From: Treponemataceae bacterium
Lineage (GTDB): Bacteria > Spirochaetota > Spirochaetia > Treponematales > Rectinemataceae
DNA length: 64,000 nt
Direction: 5' to 3'
NCBI GenBank assembly: GCA_963667725.2
Contig: CAXXHO010000005.1
Location: 192,001-256,000, forward strand
Part shown: positions 29,080 to 38,864 of the stretch, piece by piece
How the letters are laid out: each line of letters begins with the position of its first letter
Position numbering within the stretch: position 1 is the stretch's first letter
Made by a program: the position numbers and the translations under genes
The notes under the pieces: model-generated
What the model was told of the DNA's origin: nothing
Databases searched by the model: none
Seen by the model: only the letters and a program-made list of their open reading frames with translations

Positions 29080-30003
29080 ATGTATAAGGAATATCGCGGC
29101 TGCTGGCCGACAATGATCACGCCCTTCACCGAAGACAACCGCGTGGATTTCAAGGCCATCAAAGCCATGGTCGAATGGTACGTTGAGCGCGGCAGCGACG
29201 GCATTTTCGCCGTTTGCCAGTCGAGCGAAATGTTTTTCCTGAGCGAAAGGGAAAAACTGGATATAGCCACCGCGGTCCGCGAGGCTGCGGCAGGCAGGAT
29301 CAAGGTAATCGCCTCAGGCCACACCGCAGACGATCCCGCGAAGCAGATCGACGAACTGGGACGCATGGCGCAGACCGGCGTCGACGCTGTCGTGCTCGTG
29401 AGCAACCGTCTCGCCAGGGAAAACGAAGGCGAGGAAGTTTTTCTCGCGAGCGCGGAACGCATTTTCGCCCAACTGCCTGACGTGACCTTCGGCATGTACG
29501 AATGCCCCTACCCCTATCGGCGCCTCTGCTCGGACGACTTCCTCGCCGACTGCGCCGCGAAAGGACGGATGGTTTTCCTTAAGGACGTTTCCTGCGCCAA
29601 CGAAATACTGAAAAGGCGCGTCGGTATTGTGAAGGGAAGCAAGCTCTCCCTGTTCAACGCCAACACTTCGACGTTGCTCGATTCTCTCATCGCCGGTTAC
29701 GACGGCTATAACGGCGTCATGGCCAACTTCCACATCGATCTCTACAAATGGATGTACACGCACTTCGCCAAGGAACAGAAGCTGGCGAGGGAAGTGAGCG
29801 ACTTCCTCACGGTGTCAGCCATCGTCGAGATGAGGACCTACCCCACCTGCGCGAAATATCACATGAACGCGACGGGCATCCCCATGTCCTTGGTCACGAG
29901 ATCCAAGAATGCCGCCGACTTCAACGAAAACGCCGTCCATGAAGTTGAGAGCATCATCAGGATGGAAAACGCGTTGCGCGCGAGACTGGGTCTCACCATC
30001 TAA
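29080..30003 (+). CDS. Dihydrodipicolinate synthase/NAL-family aldolase
   Basis: MITPF, CQSSEM, YECP, FLKD (Schiff-base Lys). Confidence 0.88.
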   Translation: MYKEYRGCWPTMITPFTEDNRVDFKAIKAMVEWYVERGSDGIFAVCQSSEMFFLSEREKLDIATAVREAAAGRIKVIASGHTADDPAKQIDELGRMAQTGVDAVVLVSNRLARENEGEEVFLASAERIFAQLPDVTFGMYECPYPYRRLCSDDFLADCAAKGRMVFLKDVSCANEILKRRVGIVKGSKLSLFNANTSTLLDSLIAGYDGYNGVMANFHIDLYKWMYTHFAKEQKLAREVSDFLTVSAIVEMRTYPTCAKYHMNATGIPMSLVTRSKNAADFNENAVHEVESIIRMENALRARLGLTI

Positions 30004-30026
30004 CATGGCGAATACTAAGAAGGACG

Positions 30027-31511
30027 TCAGTCCTTCTTAGTATTCTTTTCGATATACATTGCGTCGTCGGCACGTTTGAGCGTCATCTCGAGCGGCTCGC
30101 CGGGAAGACGTGTCGCGGTTCCGAGCGAAAGACTCAAGGAATTCCACTCTGTAGTTCCCGCTAGGGCTTTGCGTTTTTCGTTGAACCCCTCGATTCCTTT
30201 TTTTATCCTTTCGACAACCTCACCGGCTTCAACTTCTCCCGCGCCGTCGAGAATCACGAGAAACTCGTCTCCTCCGGCTCGGGCTAAAAGCCCCGTCCCT
30301 CCCACCGTTTCCGCGAGTAGCGCTGCGGCTGCGCGGATCATGTTGTCCCCCTCGCCGTGGCCTCGCGTATCGTTGAGCGCTTTCAAGCCATCGAGGTCTG
30401 CCATGATCAGGGACAAGGCCGAGTGGCTTTTTTCGAGCCTCGCGAATTCCATTTCATAGCGCTGTCGATTGAGCAAGCCGGTGAGAATGTCATGAGTGCT
30501 CCGATAATGAAGCTCTTCGTTGATTTTTTTCTGCTGGGAGACATCCCTAAGCAGAAAAACGCGCCCATGAAGACTTCTTTTCTCCTCGTTGAAGTTCGAC
30601 ATCTGCACATCGTACCAACGGTCGCCTATGTCCAACTCGAACCTAGCCTCAAGGCCTTCGGAAAATTGGGCGGCTTTGTCCTTCCAGCGGGCATTATCCC
30701 CGGGGAAAATCGTTCCAATATCTTTCAGATCGATGCCGAGTATCGAACGCGCGGAAGGATTGATGTCGACAAGTCTATTCCTGTCGTCAACGACGATAAA
30801 ACCCTCTGACATATGCTCGACGAGATAATCGCGTGCAACAGGGATGATATCCATCAACTTGTACTTGAAAAGACCGTAGGCCAGTACGATGCCGCTTAAT
30901 GTGAATAAAAAAGGCGTCAAATCAAGGCCGGGAAGCGGGCTGAGGCCTATAATGCTCATAATGTTGCCTATCCAGGGAAAGACGAGGGCAAAAATAAGGA
31001 TGTATATCTGCCGGACATAGAAGCCTTTAACCTTGACGGCCATCTTCACAAGGATGACAAGCGTGACGATATTCAGAATGTACAGATAGACGGCATTTAC
31101 GAAAAACCAGGGGCCGCCGGTGAGTATCGCCGTCGTCGTCCTCGCTCCGCCATAAAAGAATCCGTGATATTTATCGATCCAGATGAGAAGGAGAGTGACG
31201 CATGGCATCGCGGCCATGAGAAGTATTTTTTTTGGGGAAAGCGAACTCCTCCCGTTTGCGAACTGATAGGCAAGGCAGAACATGGCCGAAGGCGCGACAA
31301 CGACACCGAGATAGGTCGCGTCGAGCCAAAAGGCGGCGGTCGAGTCGCTGGACATCAGCCATCGGATGCCATAGGTGCCTGCCCAGACTACAAGCGCTGT
31401 CATGGCGGCAAAAAGTCCGCCCGCGCCCGGTGTCCCGCGCCTTTTCCACGCGATGACCGCTACGGCCGCGGCAACGAATGCCGAGATAAATAGAGCCACT
31501 GCGTATGTCAT
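30027..31511 (-). CDS. Diguanylate cyclase with N-terminal 7TM sensor and PAS domain
   Basis: About seven TM segments ending LDLTPF...PVARD; PAS-like segment; HDILTGLLNR, DLDGLK..ND..GH, GGDEF. Confidence 0.9.
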   Translation of the reverse strand: MTYAVALFISAFVAAAVAVIAWKRRGTPGAGGLFAAMTALVVWAGTYGIRWLMSSDSTAAFWLDATYLGVVVAPSAMFCLAYQFANGRSSLSPKKILLMAAMPCVTLLLIWIDKYHGFFYGGARTTTAILTGGPWFFVNAVYLYILNIVTLVILVKMAVKVKGFYVRQIYILIFALVFPWIGNIMSIIGLSPLPGLDLTPFLFTLSGIVLAYGLFKYKLMDIIPVARDYLVEHMSEGFIVVDDRNRLVDINPSARSILGIDLKDIGTIFPGDNARWKDKAAQFSEGLEARFELDIGDRWYDVQMSNFNEEKRSLHGRVFLLRDVSQQKKINEELHYRSTHDILTGLLNRQRYEMEFARLEKSHSALSLIMADLDGLKALNDTRGHGEGDNMIRAAAALLAETVGGTGLLARAGGDEFLVILDGAGEVEAGEVVERIKKGIEGFNEKRKALAGTTEWNSLSLSLGTATRLPGEPLEMTLKRADDAMYIEKNTKKD

Positions 31512-31655
31512 AAAAAAGACAGTAGCCGCAGAATCGAGCGAGGTCAAGAAAGAACATTTGAAATTAGCCGATGACAATCCGCGCGCCAATACCATTTTCT
31601 CGGTCCGAGAGGTACAATACCGGGAACACAGCAGGGGAACACGAGGAGGATTAGC

Positions 31656-32138
31656 ATGAAATTTCTTGTCTGCTATTATTCCAAGACGGGGACAACGGCC
31701 GAGATCGCCGGAAGGGTAGGAAAAATCCTGGAGGAGAGAGGCGCCGATGTTGAGATAAGAGCTATCGATTCGATAACCGATCTTCGAGGCTATGACCGGC
31801 TGATCCTGGGCTGCCCCATCAATGGCATGAAGGTGATTCCGGAATTCAAGACTTTCCTGGCCGAGAAAGTCGTCGGCTCAGGCATTCCCTCGGATATTTT
31901 CATCGTATCGTACCTGTTCGAAAAGGGCAGGAGTTTTTTCAGGAAGATGATCGTCAAGAACACGGAAAGCATCAGGGCTTCGTTGAATCCCAGGTCCATG
32001 GAAATTTTCGCCGGCAGGCTCCCCGACAAGCTTCCGGGCTTCGCTCGGCTTATCTTCGGAACGCCTCCGGATCTGCCCCTTGACCTACGTGACTGGGCGA
32101 AGATCGAAGCATGGGCCCGGAGCCTGGCCGATTCCTAA
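31656..32138 (+). CDS. Flavodoxin-domain protein (HemG-like)
   Basis: YYSKTGTTAEIA, DLRDWAKIEAWA. Confidence 0.8.
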   Translation: MKFLVCYYSKTGTTAEIAGRVGKILEERGADVEIRAIDSITDLRGYDRLILGCPINGMKVIPEFKTFLAEKVVGSGIPSDIFIVSYLFEKGRSFFRKMIVKNTESIRASLNPRSMEIFAGRLPDKLPGFARLIFGTPPDLPLDLRDWAKIEAWARSLADS

Positions 32139-34699
32139 GTCGCGCCGGATTCATCGGCCTCGCCTGATTCCGGTTTCCTTTCCATCGGAGATTTGCCCGC
32201 GTCGGCGTGACCGCCGAAAAATTCAGGGTTCCGCAGAACGTCCCTGGGCTTGGAGCCCTGGGATGGGCCGACGATTCCCCTTTCTTCCATAAGTTCCACG
32301 AGGCGGGCCGAACGGTTGTACCCGATTTTCAACCTACGCTGTATGAACGAGGCGCTGGCCTTGCCTTGCTGCAGGACGATCTCGAGGGCTTTCTCGAAAA
32401 GAGGATCTCCCTCCCCGTCATCGAAAAGTCCCGGTTCGGCGTTTTCCTCGTCCTCGTCGTAGAAAATCTCGTCGTCGATATATTCGGGTTCGCCTAACGT
32501 CTTTACATGGGCCACCGCGCGCTCCACCTCCTCCTCCGAGACGAAGGCTCCCTGCATGCGCACGGGGAAGGGATCCTGGGCTCCCGAATAGAGCATGTCG
32601 CCGCGTCCGAGAAGCTTTTCCGCCCCGACCATGTCTATGATGATGCGGCTGTCGAACTTGCTGGCGACCATGAAGGCGATGCGCGACGGAATGTTGGCCT
32701 TTATGAGTCCAGTGATGACGTCAATGCTTGGGCGCTGAGTCGCCAGCACGAGATGGATGCCCACGGCTCGAGACATCGCGGCGAGTCTGGCGAGCGTGGC
32801 TTCCAGTTCCTTGCCGGTCGTGGCCATGAGATCGGCGAACTCGTCGACGATGACGACGATATACGGAAGTTTTTCCTGCGCGAGGTCTCTTTCCTTGACG
32901 CGCCTGTTGTATGACTTGATGTCGCGCACTCCCGCCTTGTCCAATATCAGATAACGTCGTTCCATCTCGCAGATGCAGTACTGTAGCGCCTGGAACGCGC
33001 GCTTCGGATCGGTCACCACGGGCGTGAGGAGGTGAGGTATGCCGTTGTAAAGCTTGAGCTCGACGATCTTGGGGTCAATGAGGATAAGCTTCACTTCCTC
33101 GGGAGTGCGTCTGTACAGAATGGAAAGGATTATGGCGTTGACGCAGACCGATTTGCCCGAGCCCGTGGCGCCAGCGATGAGAAGATGGGGCATCTGGGTG
33201 AGATCGCTGAACTGCACCTCGCCGGAGATATTCTTGCCGAGAGCATAGGGTATCTCCATTTTCGAGGTCCTGAACGTTTCGTTCTCGATGATCTCGCGCA
33301 GGGAAACGATGGCGCGCCTTTCATTCGGCACCTCGATGCCGACGGCATGCTTGCCCGGTATGGGGGCGACGATACGCACGCTGGACGCCGCGAGCCTGAG
33401 GGCGATATTGTCGGAGAGGTTAGTGATCTTGGAAATTTTCACGCCGTGGGCGGGAAGGATCTCGTACATGGTGATGACGGGACCTTTCCTTATCCCCGTC
33501 ACTTCGGCTTCGATATTGAACTCGGCGAGCGTTTCCCGAAGCACTTCGGCGTTCCGCTTCGTTTTTTCGTCGATAACCCAGTACTGCCCGTCGGGATAGG
33601 TGTTGAGTATGCCATCTATGGGAACCGCGTAGGTTTTTTTCTTCCGCTCGAGTATGCGCTGCACGAGCGCTTTTTTCTCCGCGTCGTCGGCTATGCCGCC
33701 TCCCGAAACGGCTTGGGGCGGCACCGAGGTGAATTCGATGACCTTGCCGCTCGCGTCCAGGGTGGACTGGGGGGGCCGGATGGCGGCCGCCGCGCTCTGG
33801 ACGGAGGGAGCGGCCTGCACGGTCGACACAACCTGCGCGGTCGATACGGGCGCCGCCATCGCGAAGGTTTCCATCTCGGCCTTCCTGCCCGCCCTCAGGC
33901 CCGCCAACGGCGGCAGCTCGGGCAGATCGACGTCGAAAGGCTCCGAGGCTATGGATTGGGCCGTACGCAGGCGTATCTCGGCCTGGGAACGCTTTTCCTT
34001 CCTGTCCTTCAGCCACTGCCGGAAACGCGCCTGAAGGTTGTCCCATAAAGAACGCTTTTCCTTAATCTTGGCCCGCGAAGCCTTGGCCTCGACGATCATG
34101 CCGGTCGCCTTCATCCAGGCGCTCAGCTTCACGAAGCCGAATATGACGGCGACCAGCGAGGCGGCGAACAGAAAACCCAGCCCCGCGTAGAGCGAGGAAA
34201 TGCCGACCGCGGCGAATATGGGGTGATTTTCGAAAAAAGCCCCCGGCTCGGTCGAAATGCGGGCAAAACCCGCCGCGACGAGAAAGGGCAGGACCGATGA
34301 GGCGAGAAGGTAGGTAAGGCGGGGATGAAATGCCGGAAGGAGGGCGAGCGCGGCCGCGAAAACGCAGCAGACCGGCAGATAGAAAGCGGCCCAGGAAAAG
34401 GCGCCCGTGAGGAAAAGTCCAGGAGCCACGAGGGGGGGCCATCCGGCAGGCCAGTAATAAGAAAGACCGATCGTGAGGAGAAGGTAGCCGGCGATCACGA
34501 AAAAGGCTAAGCCGACCTTGCCTCCCATAGTCCCGAATAGGGAAGAATTCGCGCCGCGCCTAGCCCCATTCTTCCCGCTCTCAGTCTTTTTCGCGGGGGC
34601 TCTATTGGGTTTGGACGCGATCACGACGGTAGCCTTGGGGTTCTGCCCTTCGCCATGAATATTTTTATCGGTATTTGCCGAATCCTGAGACTTTGCCAT
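32135..34699 (-). CDS. ftsK: DNA translocase FtsK
   Basis: N-terminal TM segments; PHLLIAGATGSGKS, IDPK, DEFADLM, ATQRPS, gamma domain (QRRLKIGYNRSAR). Confidence 0.96.
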   Translation of the reverse strand: MAKSQDSANTDKNIHGEGQNPKATVVIASKPNRAPAKKTESGKNGARRGANSSLFGTMGGKVGLAFFVIAGYLLLTIGLSYYWPAGWPPLVAPGLFLTGAFSWAAFYLPVCCVFAAALALLPAFHPRLTYLLASSVLPFLVAAGFARISTEPGAFFENHPIFAAVGISSLYAGLGFLFAASLVAVIFGFVKLSAWMKATGMIVEAKASRAKIKEKRSLWDNLQARFRQWLKDRKEKRSQAEIRLRTAQSIASEPFDVDLPELPPLAGLRAGRKAEMETFAMAAPVSTAQVVSTVQAAPSVQSAAAAIRPPQSTLDASGKVIEFTSVPPQAVSGGGIADDAEKKALVQRILERKKKTYAVPIDGILNTYPDGQYWVIDEKTKRNAEVLRETLAEFNIEAEVTGIRKGPVITMYEILPAHGVKISKITNLSDNIALRLAASSVRIVAPIPGKHAVGIEVPNERRAIVSLREIIENETFRTSKMEIPYALGKNISGEVQFSDLTQMPHLLIAGATGSGKSVCVNAIILSILYRRTPEEVKLILIDPKIVELKLYNGIPHLLTPVVTDPKRAFQALQYCICEMERRYLILDKAGVRDIKSYNRRVKERDLAQEKLPYIVVIVDEFADLMATTGKELEATLARLAAMSRAVGIHLVLATQRPSIDVITGLIKANIPSRIAFMVASKFDSRIIIDMVGAEKLLGRGDMLYSGAQDPFPVRMQGAFVSEEEVERAVAHVKTLGEPEYIDDEIFYDEDEENAEPGLFDDGEGDPLFEKALEIVLQQGKASASFIQRRLKIGYNRSARLVELMEERGIVGPSQGSKPRDVLRNPEFFGGHADAGKSPMERKPESGEADESGAT

Positions 34700-34795
34700 G
34701 AATTCTCCATTGAGCGCCATGAGGCCATTTTTCATTATCGGCAGTTTCGCGCTTTCATTTCAGAGAAAATCGGGCAAAGAGAGGATGCCGAAGCT

Positions 34796-35650
34796 TCAGC
34801 CCAGGATAAGCCCCAGAATGCCGACGATGACGAGATAAGGGGCGAACCAGTATATTTTCCCGCCTTTGATGATTTTAATGAGAATCTTGAGAGCCGCCAT
34901 CCCTGAGAGGAAGGCCGCCATGAAGGCCAATGCCAGCTGGCCGTAGGAGACCGTATCGAGCATGCCGCCGATGTCTCCGATGCTGAGGACGAAGGCTCCC
35001 AGGATGGCGGGAATCGAAAGGAGAAAGGAAAATTCGCCCGCCGTTCCGCGGTCGAGACCGGCGAAGAGCCCAGCGGAGATCGTGATGCCCGATCGGCTGA
35101 TGCCGGAAAAAACGCCGATCCCCTGAGCCAGGCCGATGAAGGCGGCCCTGCCCTTTCCTATCGCCGCCGGACCGCGATTGCCTGGCTTGACCAGCGCGGT
35201 GAGTCCCAGGATGAGGGCGGTGATGAGCATCCGCGCCGCGACAGCCCGGGGGCCATTCAGCCAGGAGACCTTCTCCAGGATGACTTTTTCGATCAGGATC
35301 CCCAGGACGCCCGTGATGAGGGTGGCAATGAGGATTGGAACGACAAAAGCGAGATTTTCATGCTGCTCTTCATCTTTCTTTTTCTGGGTTTTCGTGAGCC
35401 CCTTCTTCGCATCGTCCTTCTTCCCGAAAAAGAATGTCCAGAGGGCGACGAAAATAGCGAGAATTCTTTTCCACATCACGGCGACGACGGCGAAGAGCGT
35501 CGCTATATGGAGGATCACGTCAAAGAGAATCGGGACTTCGGTCAGTCCAAGAATGTTCTTGAATAATTCCAGATGGCCGCTCGAGGAGATGGGCAGAAAT
35601 TCCGCTATACCCTGGATGAGCCCGAGGAGCAAAGCCTTGAAAGCAGTCAT
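34796..35650 (-). CDS. uppP: Undecaprenyl-diphosphate phosphatase
   Basis: QGIAEFLPISSSGH, GISRSG.T, EFSFLLSIP. Confidence 0.95.
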   Translation of the reverse strand: MTAFKALLLGLIQGIAEFLPISSSGHLELFKNILGLTEVPILFDVILHIATLFAVVAVMWKRILAIFVALWTFFFGKKDDAKKGLTKTQKKKDEEQHENLAFVVPILIATLITGVLGILIEKVILEKVSWLNGPRAVAARMLITALILGLTALVKPGNRGPAAIGKGRAAFIGLAQGIGVFSGISRSGITISAGLFAGLDRGTAGEFSFLLSIPAILGAFVLSIGDIGGMLDTVSYGQLALAFMAAFLSGMAALKILIKIIKGGKIYWFAPYLVIVGILGLILG

Positions 35651-35841
35651 GATCCCTCCGTTTTTTCCATGATTTTCCCATGATACCGAAGAAAGCCCAG
35701 GGATTCAATCGATAGTGGGACGGAAAGGCGATTGCCACTCACCGCATTATTTGATTATAGTATAAAAGCAATCGGGTCGGCAGGCTGCAGACGCGCCCTG
35801 ACCGCGGCAACCGCGGGACATACAGCCCGGAAGGACAGAAT

Positions 35842-36414
35842 ATGGATATTAAGAAAGACAAGGTCGTCACTATTGACTATAGTCTCCGTGACGCCGCAGG
35901 AAAGCTCTTGGATTCGTCCAACGGCAGTGAGCCCCTGATCTATCTCCACGGCAACGATAACATCATACCGGGCCTGGAAAAACACCTCGAAGGCAAAATA
36001 GTCGGCGACAGCGTCGCCTGTGTCGTTCCGGCGGTCGAAGCCTACGGCGAAAGGGACGAAAGCCTCGTCTTCAAGGTCGCGAAGAAAGACTTCGGCGAGA
36101 ACGTCGAAGTGTCCCCCGGAATGCAGTTCGAAGCCCACGGCGATGACGGTTCCCAGATCGTCACCGTCGTCGATATAGCCGGCGACGAAGTCACCATCGA
36201 CGCCAATCATCCTCTCGCGGGAGAAACCCTTCATTTCGACGTGAAGGTGCTCAATATCCGCGAAGCCACCGAAGAAGAGCTCCATCACGGTCACGTGCAT
36301 GTCGAAGGCTGCGGCTGCGACGACGAATGCGGCTGCGACTGCGAAGACGGTTGCGAAGATGGCTGCGGCGACGAGGCTTGCGAAGGCAGCTGCGGATGTG
36401 GCTGCGGCGACTGA
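35842..36414 (+). CDS. slyD: FKBP-type peptidyl-prolyl isomerase SlyD
   Basis: YLHG...IIPGLE, DANHPLAG, ATEEEL.HGHVH, Cys-rich tail. Confidence 0.94.
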   Translation: MDIKKDKVVTIDYSLRDAAGKLLDSSNGSEPLIYLHGNDNIIPGLEKHLEGKIVGDSVACVVPAVEAYGERDESLVFKVAKKDFGENVEVSPGMQFEAHGDDGSQIVTVVDIAGDEVTIDANHPLAGETLHFDVKVLNIREATEEELHHGHVHVEGCGCDDECGCDCEDGCEDGCGDEACEGSCGCGCGD

Positions 36415-36424
36415 TTCTTTTCCC

Positions 36425-36808
36425 GTGAAGTCAACATTCAAACCTAAAATTTTCGACATCGCCGCGATCCTGCTTGGGCTCGCGGCGGTTTTTGTCGTGT
36501 CCGCCCTTGTCTACACCGAAAGCAAAGGACGCCTCATGGTCTATGTATCCGGCGAATCGGGCGAATGGATACAGCCTCTGGACAAGGACGGCGACATCGA
36601 GGTGCCGGGTCCTCTAGGCTCGACATGGATTCATATCGAAGGGAATCACGTACACATCGCTTCTTCCCCCTGCCCCAACCAGACATGCGTTGCAGCGGGC
36701 GACATAGGCGCCGCCAATCAATGGCTCGCCTGCCTGCCCAACAGCGTCTTTGTCCATATCGAGGGCAGCGATAAATCAGGAGAGCTCCCCGATGCAGCGG
36801 TCTACTGA
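36425..36808 (+). CDS. NusG domain II-containing membrane-anchored protein
   Basis: One N-terminal TM; V.GPLG, SPCPNQTCV, ACLPN. Confidence 0.82.
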   Translation: MKSTFKPKIFDIAAILLGLAAVFVVSALVYTESKGRLMVYVSGESGEWIQPLDKDGDIEVPGPLGSTWIHIEGNHVHIASSPCPNQTCVAAGDIGAANQWLACLPNSVFVHIEGSDKSGELPDAAVY

Positions 36809-38138
36809 GCGATCCGCCGAGCGGTTAAGGGCGCGGACCGCCGAGCGGCCCACCGGGCGCTTTTCCGACAAAGCGGATGTGACCGCCCTCCTCGGCGCTT
36901 TCTGCTTTTTCCTCTCGGCCATAGAGTACATGCTGCCCAAGCCTCTCCCCTTCATGAGGCTCGGCATCGCCAACCTGCCCATCCTGCTCGCCGTGGATAT
37001 TCTGCCTTTCCGCTGGTTCCTCGTGCTGGCGGCGGTCAAGGTTATCGGGATGAGCCTGATTTCAGGCACGCTTTTTTCCTATATCGCGCTTTTCTCACTC
37101 TTCGGCACGCTGGCCGCGGCTCTTGCCATGTGGGCCATGCGGCGCGCGGGCGGCCGCCTCGTCAGCCAGATAGGCGTTTCCATCATGGGCGCTATGGTTT
37201 CGAACGCGACGCAGGTTCTCATAGCGCGCTTCCTCGTGTTCAGGGAGACTGCCTGGCTCATCGCCCCCCTCTTCCTCGCCATGGGACTGATCACCGGCGG
37301 CGCCCTCGGCCTCTTCGCCGAACATTTCGCGCGGGTATCAACGTGGTATGCCAAGGCCGCGGGACTCCCCTCGCCGGCAGACGGCTTTCTAGCCGAAACC
37401 TCGGCGGCTGCCGCCGGCGACGGGAAAAATCCACTTGCTAAAAACGCATTCTTCCGGGCGTCCAAAAACGGGACGGCGGTTAAAAATAAAAGAAAGGAAA
37501 AGGCCGCCGCCGCGAGAAGAATCCGCAGGGAAAAAGCGGAAGCCCTTTTTTCGCCGGGCGCCCTCGCCCTGGCCGGTCTCGTGGTAATGCTGGCATTCCT
37601 CGGCATGAAAGGGATAATCCCCCAAGTCGCCATGCTCTGCCTCTTCGTCCTCGCCACCTGGGCGATGGGAAAGCGTTTTTCCCTCCTCGTCACCCTTTCG
37701 GTATCGCTGGGAATCGTCGCCGCGAACCTCATCGTGCCGTCGGGACGAGTCCTGGCGACAATTTTCGGATGGCGCGTCACCCAAGGCGCCCTTTTCGAAG
37801 GCATCGAAAAAGCGCTCACCTTCGAGGGACTTATGTTTCTTTCCAAGGCCGCGATTATGTCGGGACTCAAGCTTCCCGGACGGATAGGTCGGATCGTGGC
37901 GGTGGCTTTCACCTATTACGACAGGATCATCGAGTACAAGGGGAAAATACGTCCCGCGGCCCTGGCTCAGGACGCCGACGCGCTGATGACGAAAGTATGG
38001 GAAAGCACCGAAACGCAGGCCGAAACCCATTCCGAGGCGCCGGGCGATCCCGCTACGCGCCGAAAAGGTCTTGTCATTCTGGCTGCTGTATCCATCCTTG
38101 CATGGACCCTCGCTATATATCTCGCCCTGACGCCTTGA
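36792..38138 (+). CDS. Gx transporter family protein with an extra C-terminal membrane domain
   Basis: IEY.LPKPLPFMRLGIAN, GVSIMGA..SN..Q; about 250 extra residues with several TM segments. Confidence 0.78.
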   Translation: MQRSTERSAERLRARTAERPTGRFSDKADVTALLGAFCFFLSAIEYMLPKPLPFMRLGIANLPILLAVDILPFRWFLVLAAVKVIGMSLISGTLFSYIALFSLFGTLAAALAMWAMRRAGGRLVSQIGVSIMGAMVSNATQVLIARFLVFRETAWLIAPLFLAMGLITGGALGLFAEHFARVSTWYAKAAGLPSPADGFLAETSAAAAGDGKNPLAKNAFFRASKNGTAVKNKRKEKAAAARRIRREKAEALFSPGALALAGLVVMLAFLGMKGIIPQVAMLCLFVLATWAMGKRFSLLVTLSVSLGIVAANLIVPSGRVLATIFGWRVTQGALFEGIEKALTFEGLMFLSKAAIMSGLKLPGRIGRIVAVAFTYYDRIIEYKGKIRPAALAQDADALMTKVWESTETQAETHSEAPGDPATRRKGLVILAAVSILAWTLAIYLALTP

Positions 38139-38190
38139 ACCGTTGACCTCATCCCGCAAAATCAAGATGATTATGCCGTGAGGTAGGGCC

Positions 38191-38790
38191 GTGAGCAGAG
38201 AAAAGAAAATCGATGATGTCTCTATTGTCGTAAACGCCGCGATGCGGATAATCGAAGAACAGGGCTACGATAAGCTATCGACGCGAAGCATTTCCGCCAA
38301 GCTCCAAGTATCGCCCATGACCCTGTATAACTATTACGAAAACCGGGATGCCATCCTCAAGGATGTCGTGAAGCAGGGACTCGACGAACTCTGGACAGGC
38401 CTGCAGGAAAAATTGGACGACAGCGGCCCGGCAGGCATGCGCAATCCCCTGCGCCAATACCTGGTACTGTCCGATCACATGCTGGCTTTCGCCATGGCGC
38501 GTCCCAATCTTTATCGCTTCCTGTTTGGATCGGCCGTCGCCCCATTCATCGCCGACGGCAATATCGCCGAGCGTTATCGCGACTTAAGTCAGTCGCTCAT
38601 GCCGCGCATCCATGACGAATCCAGGAAGCAGGATATCCTCAACGACATATACATGTTCCTGGTCCTGCTGAACGCTCTCGTCAAAAACGTCCTCGACGGC
38701 AGGATCGGGATGACGGCCGAGCGTTATCCCGCCCTCATCGGACGCGCGTACGACGGTCTCCTCCAGAGAGACGAACAGTACATCCGCTAA
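38191..38790 (+). CDS. TetR/AcrR-family regulator
   Basis: AA..I....GY...STR.I...L.VS.MTLYNYY.N. Confidence 0.9.
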   Translation: MSREKKIDDVSIVVNAAMRIIEEQGYDKLSTRSISAKLQVSPMTLYNYYENRDAILKDVVKQGLDELWTGLQEKLDDSGPAGMRNPLRQYLVLSDHMLAFAMARPNLYRFLFGSAVAPFIADGNIAERYRDLSQSLMPRIHDESRKQDILNDIYMFLVLLNALVKNVLDGRIGMTAERYPALIGRAYDGLLQRDEQYIR

Positions 38791-38811
38791 CGTTTTTATC
38801 GCTCGATGACG

Positions 38812-38840
38812 AAAAAGCCGCCCGGAAAGGGCGGCTTTTT
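38812..38840. terminator. Bidirectional intrinsic terminator
   Basis: AAAAAGCCGCCC-GGAAA-GGGCGGCTTTTT between convergent tetR and leuS. Confidence 0.9.
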
Positions 38841-38864
38841 AAATTTCTAGGGTTCTCGCCGTTT

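Noticed and set aside
35770..35840. Structured leader before slyD as a riboswitch or SRP-like RNA
   Set aside because: Hairpins are possible, but there is no convincing match to a family I know. An Rfam/Infernal search would be needed.
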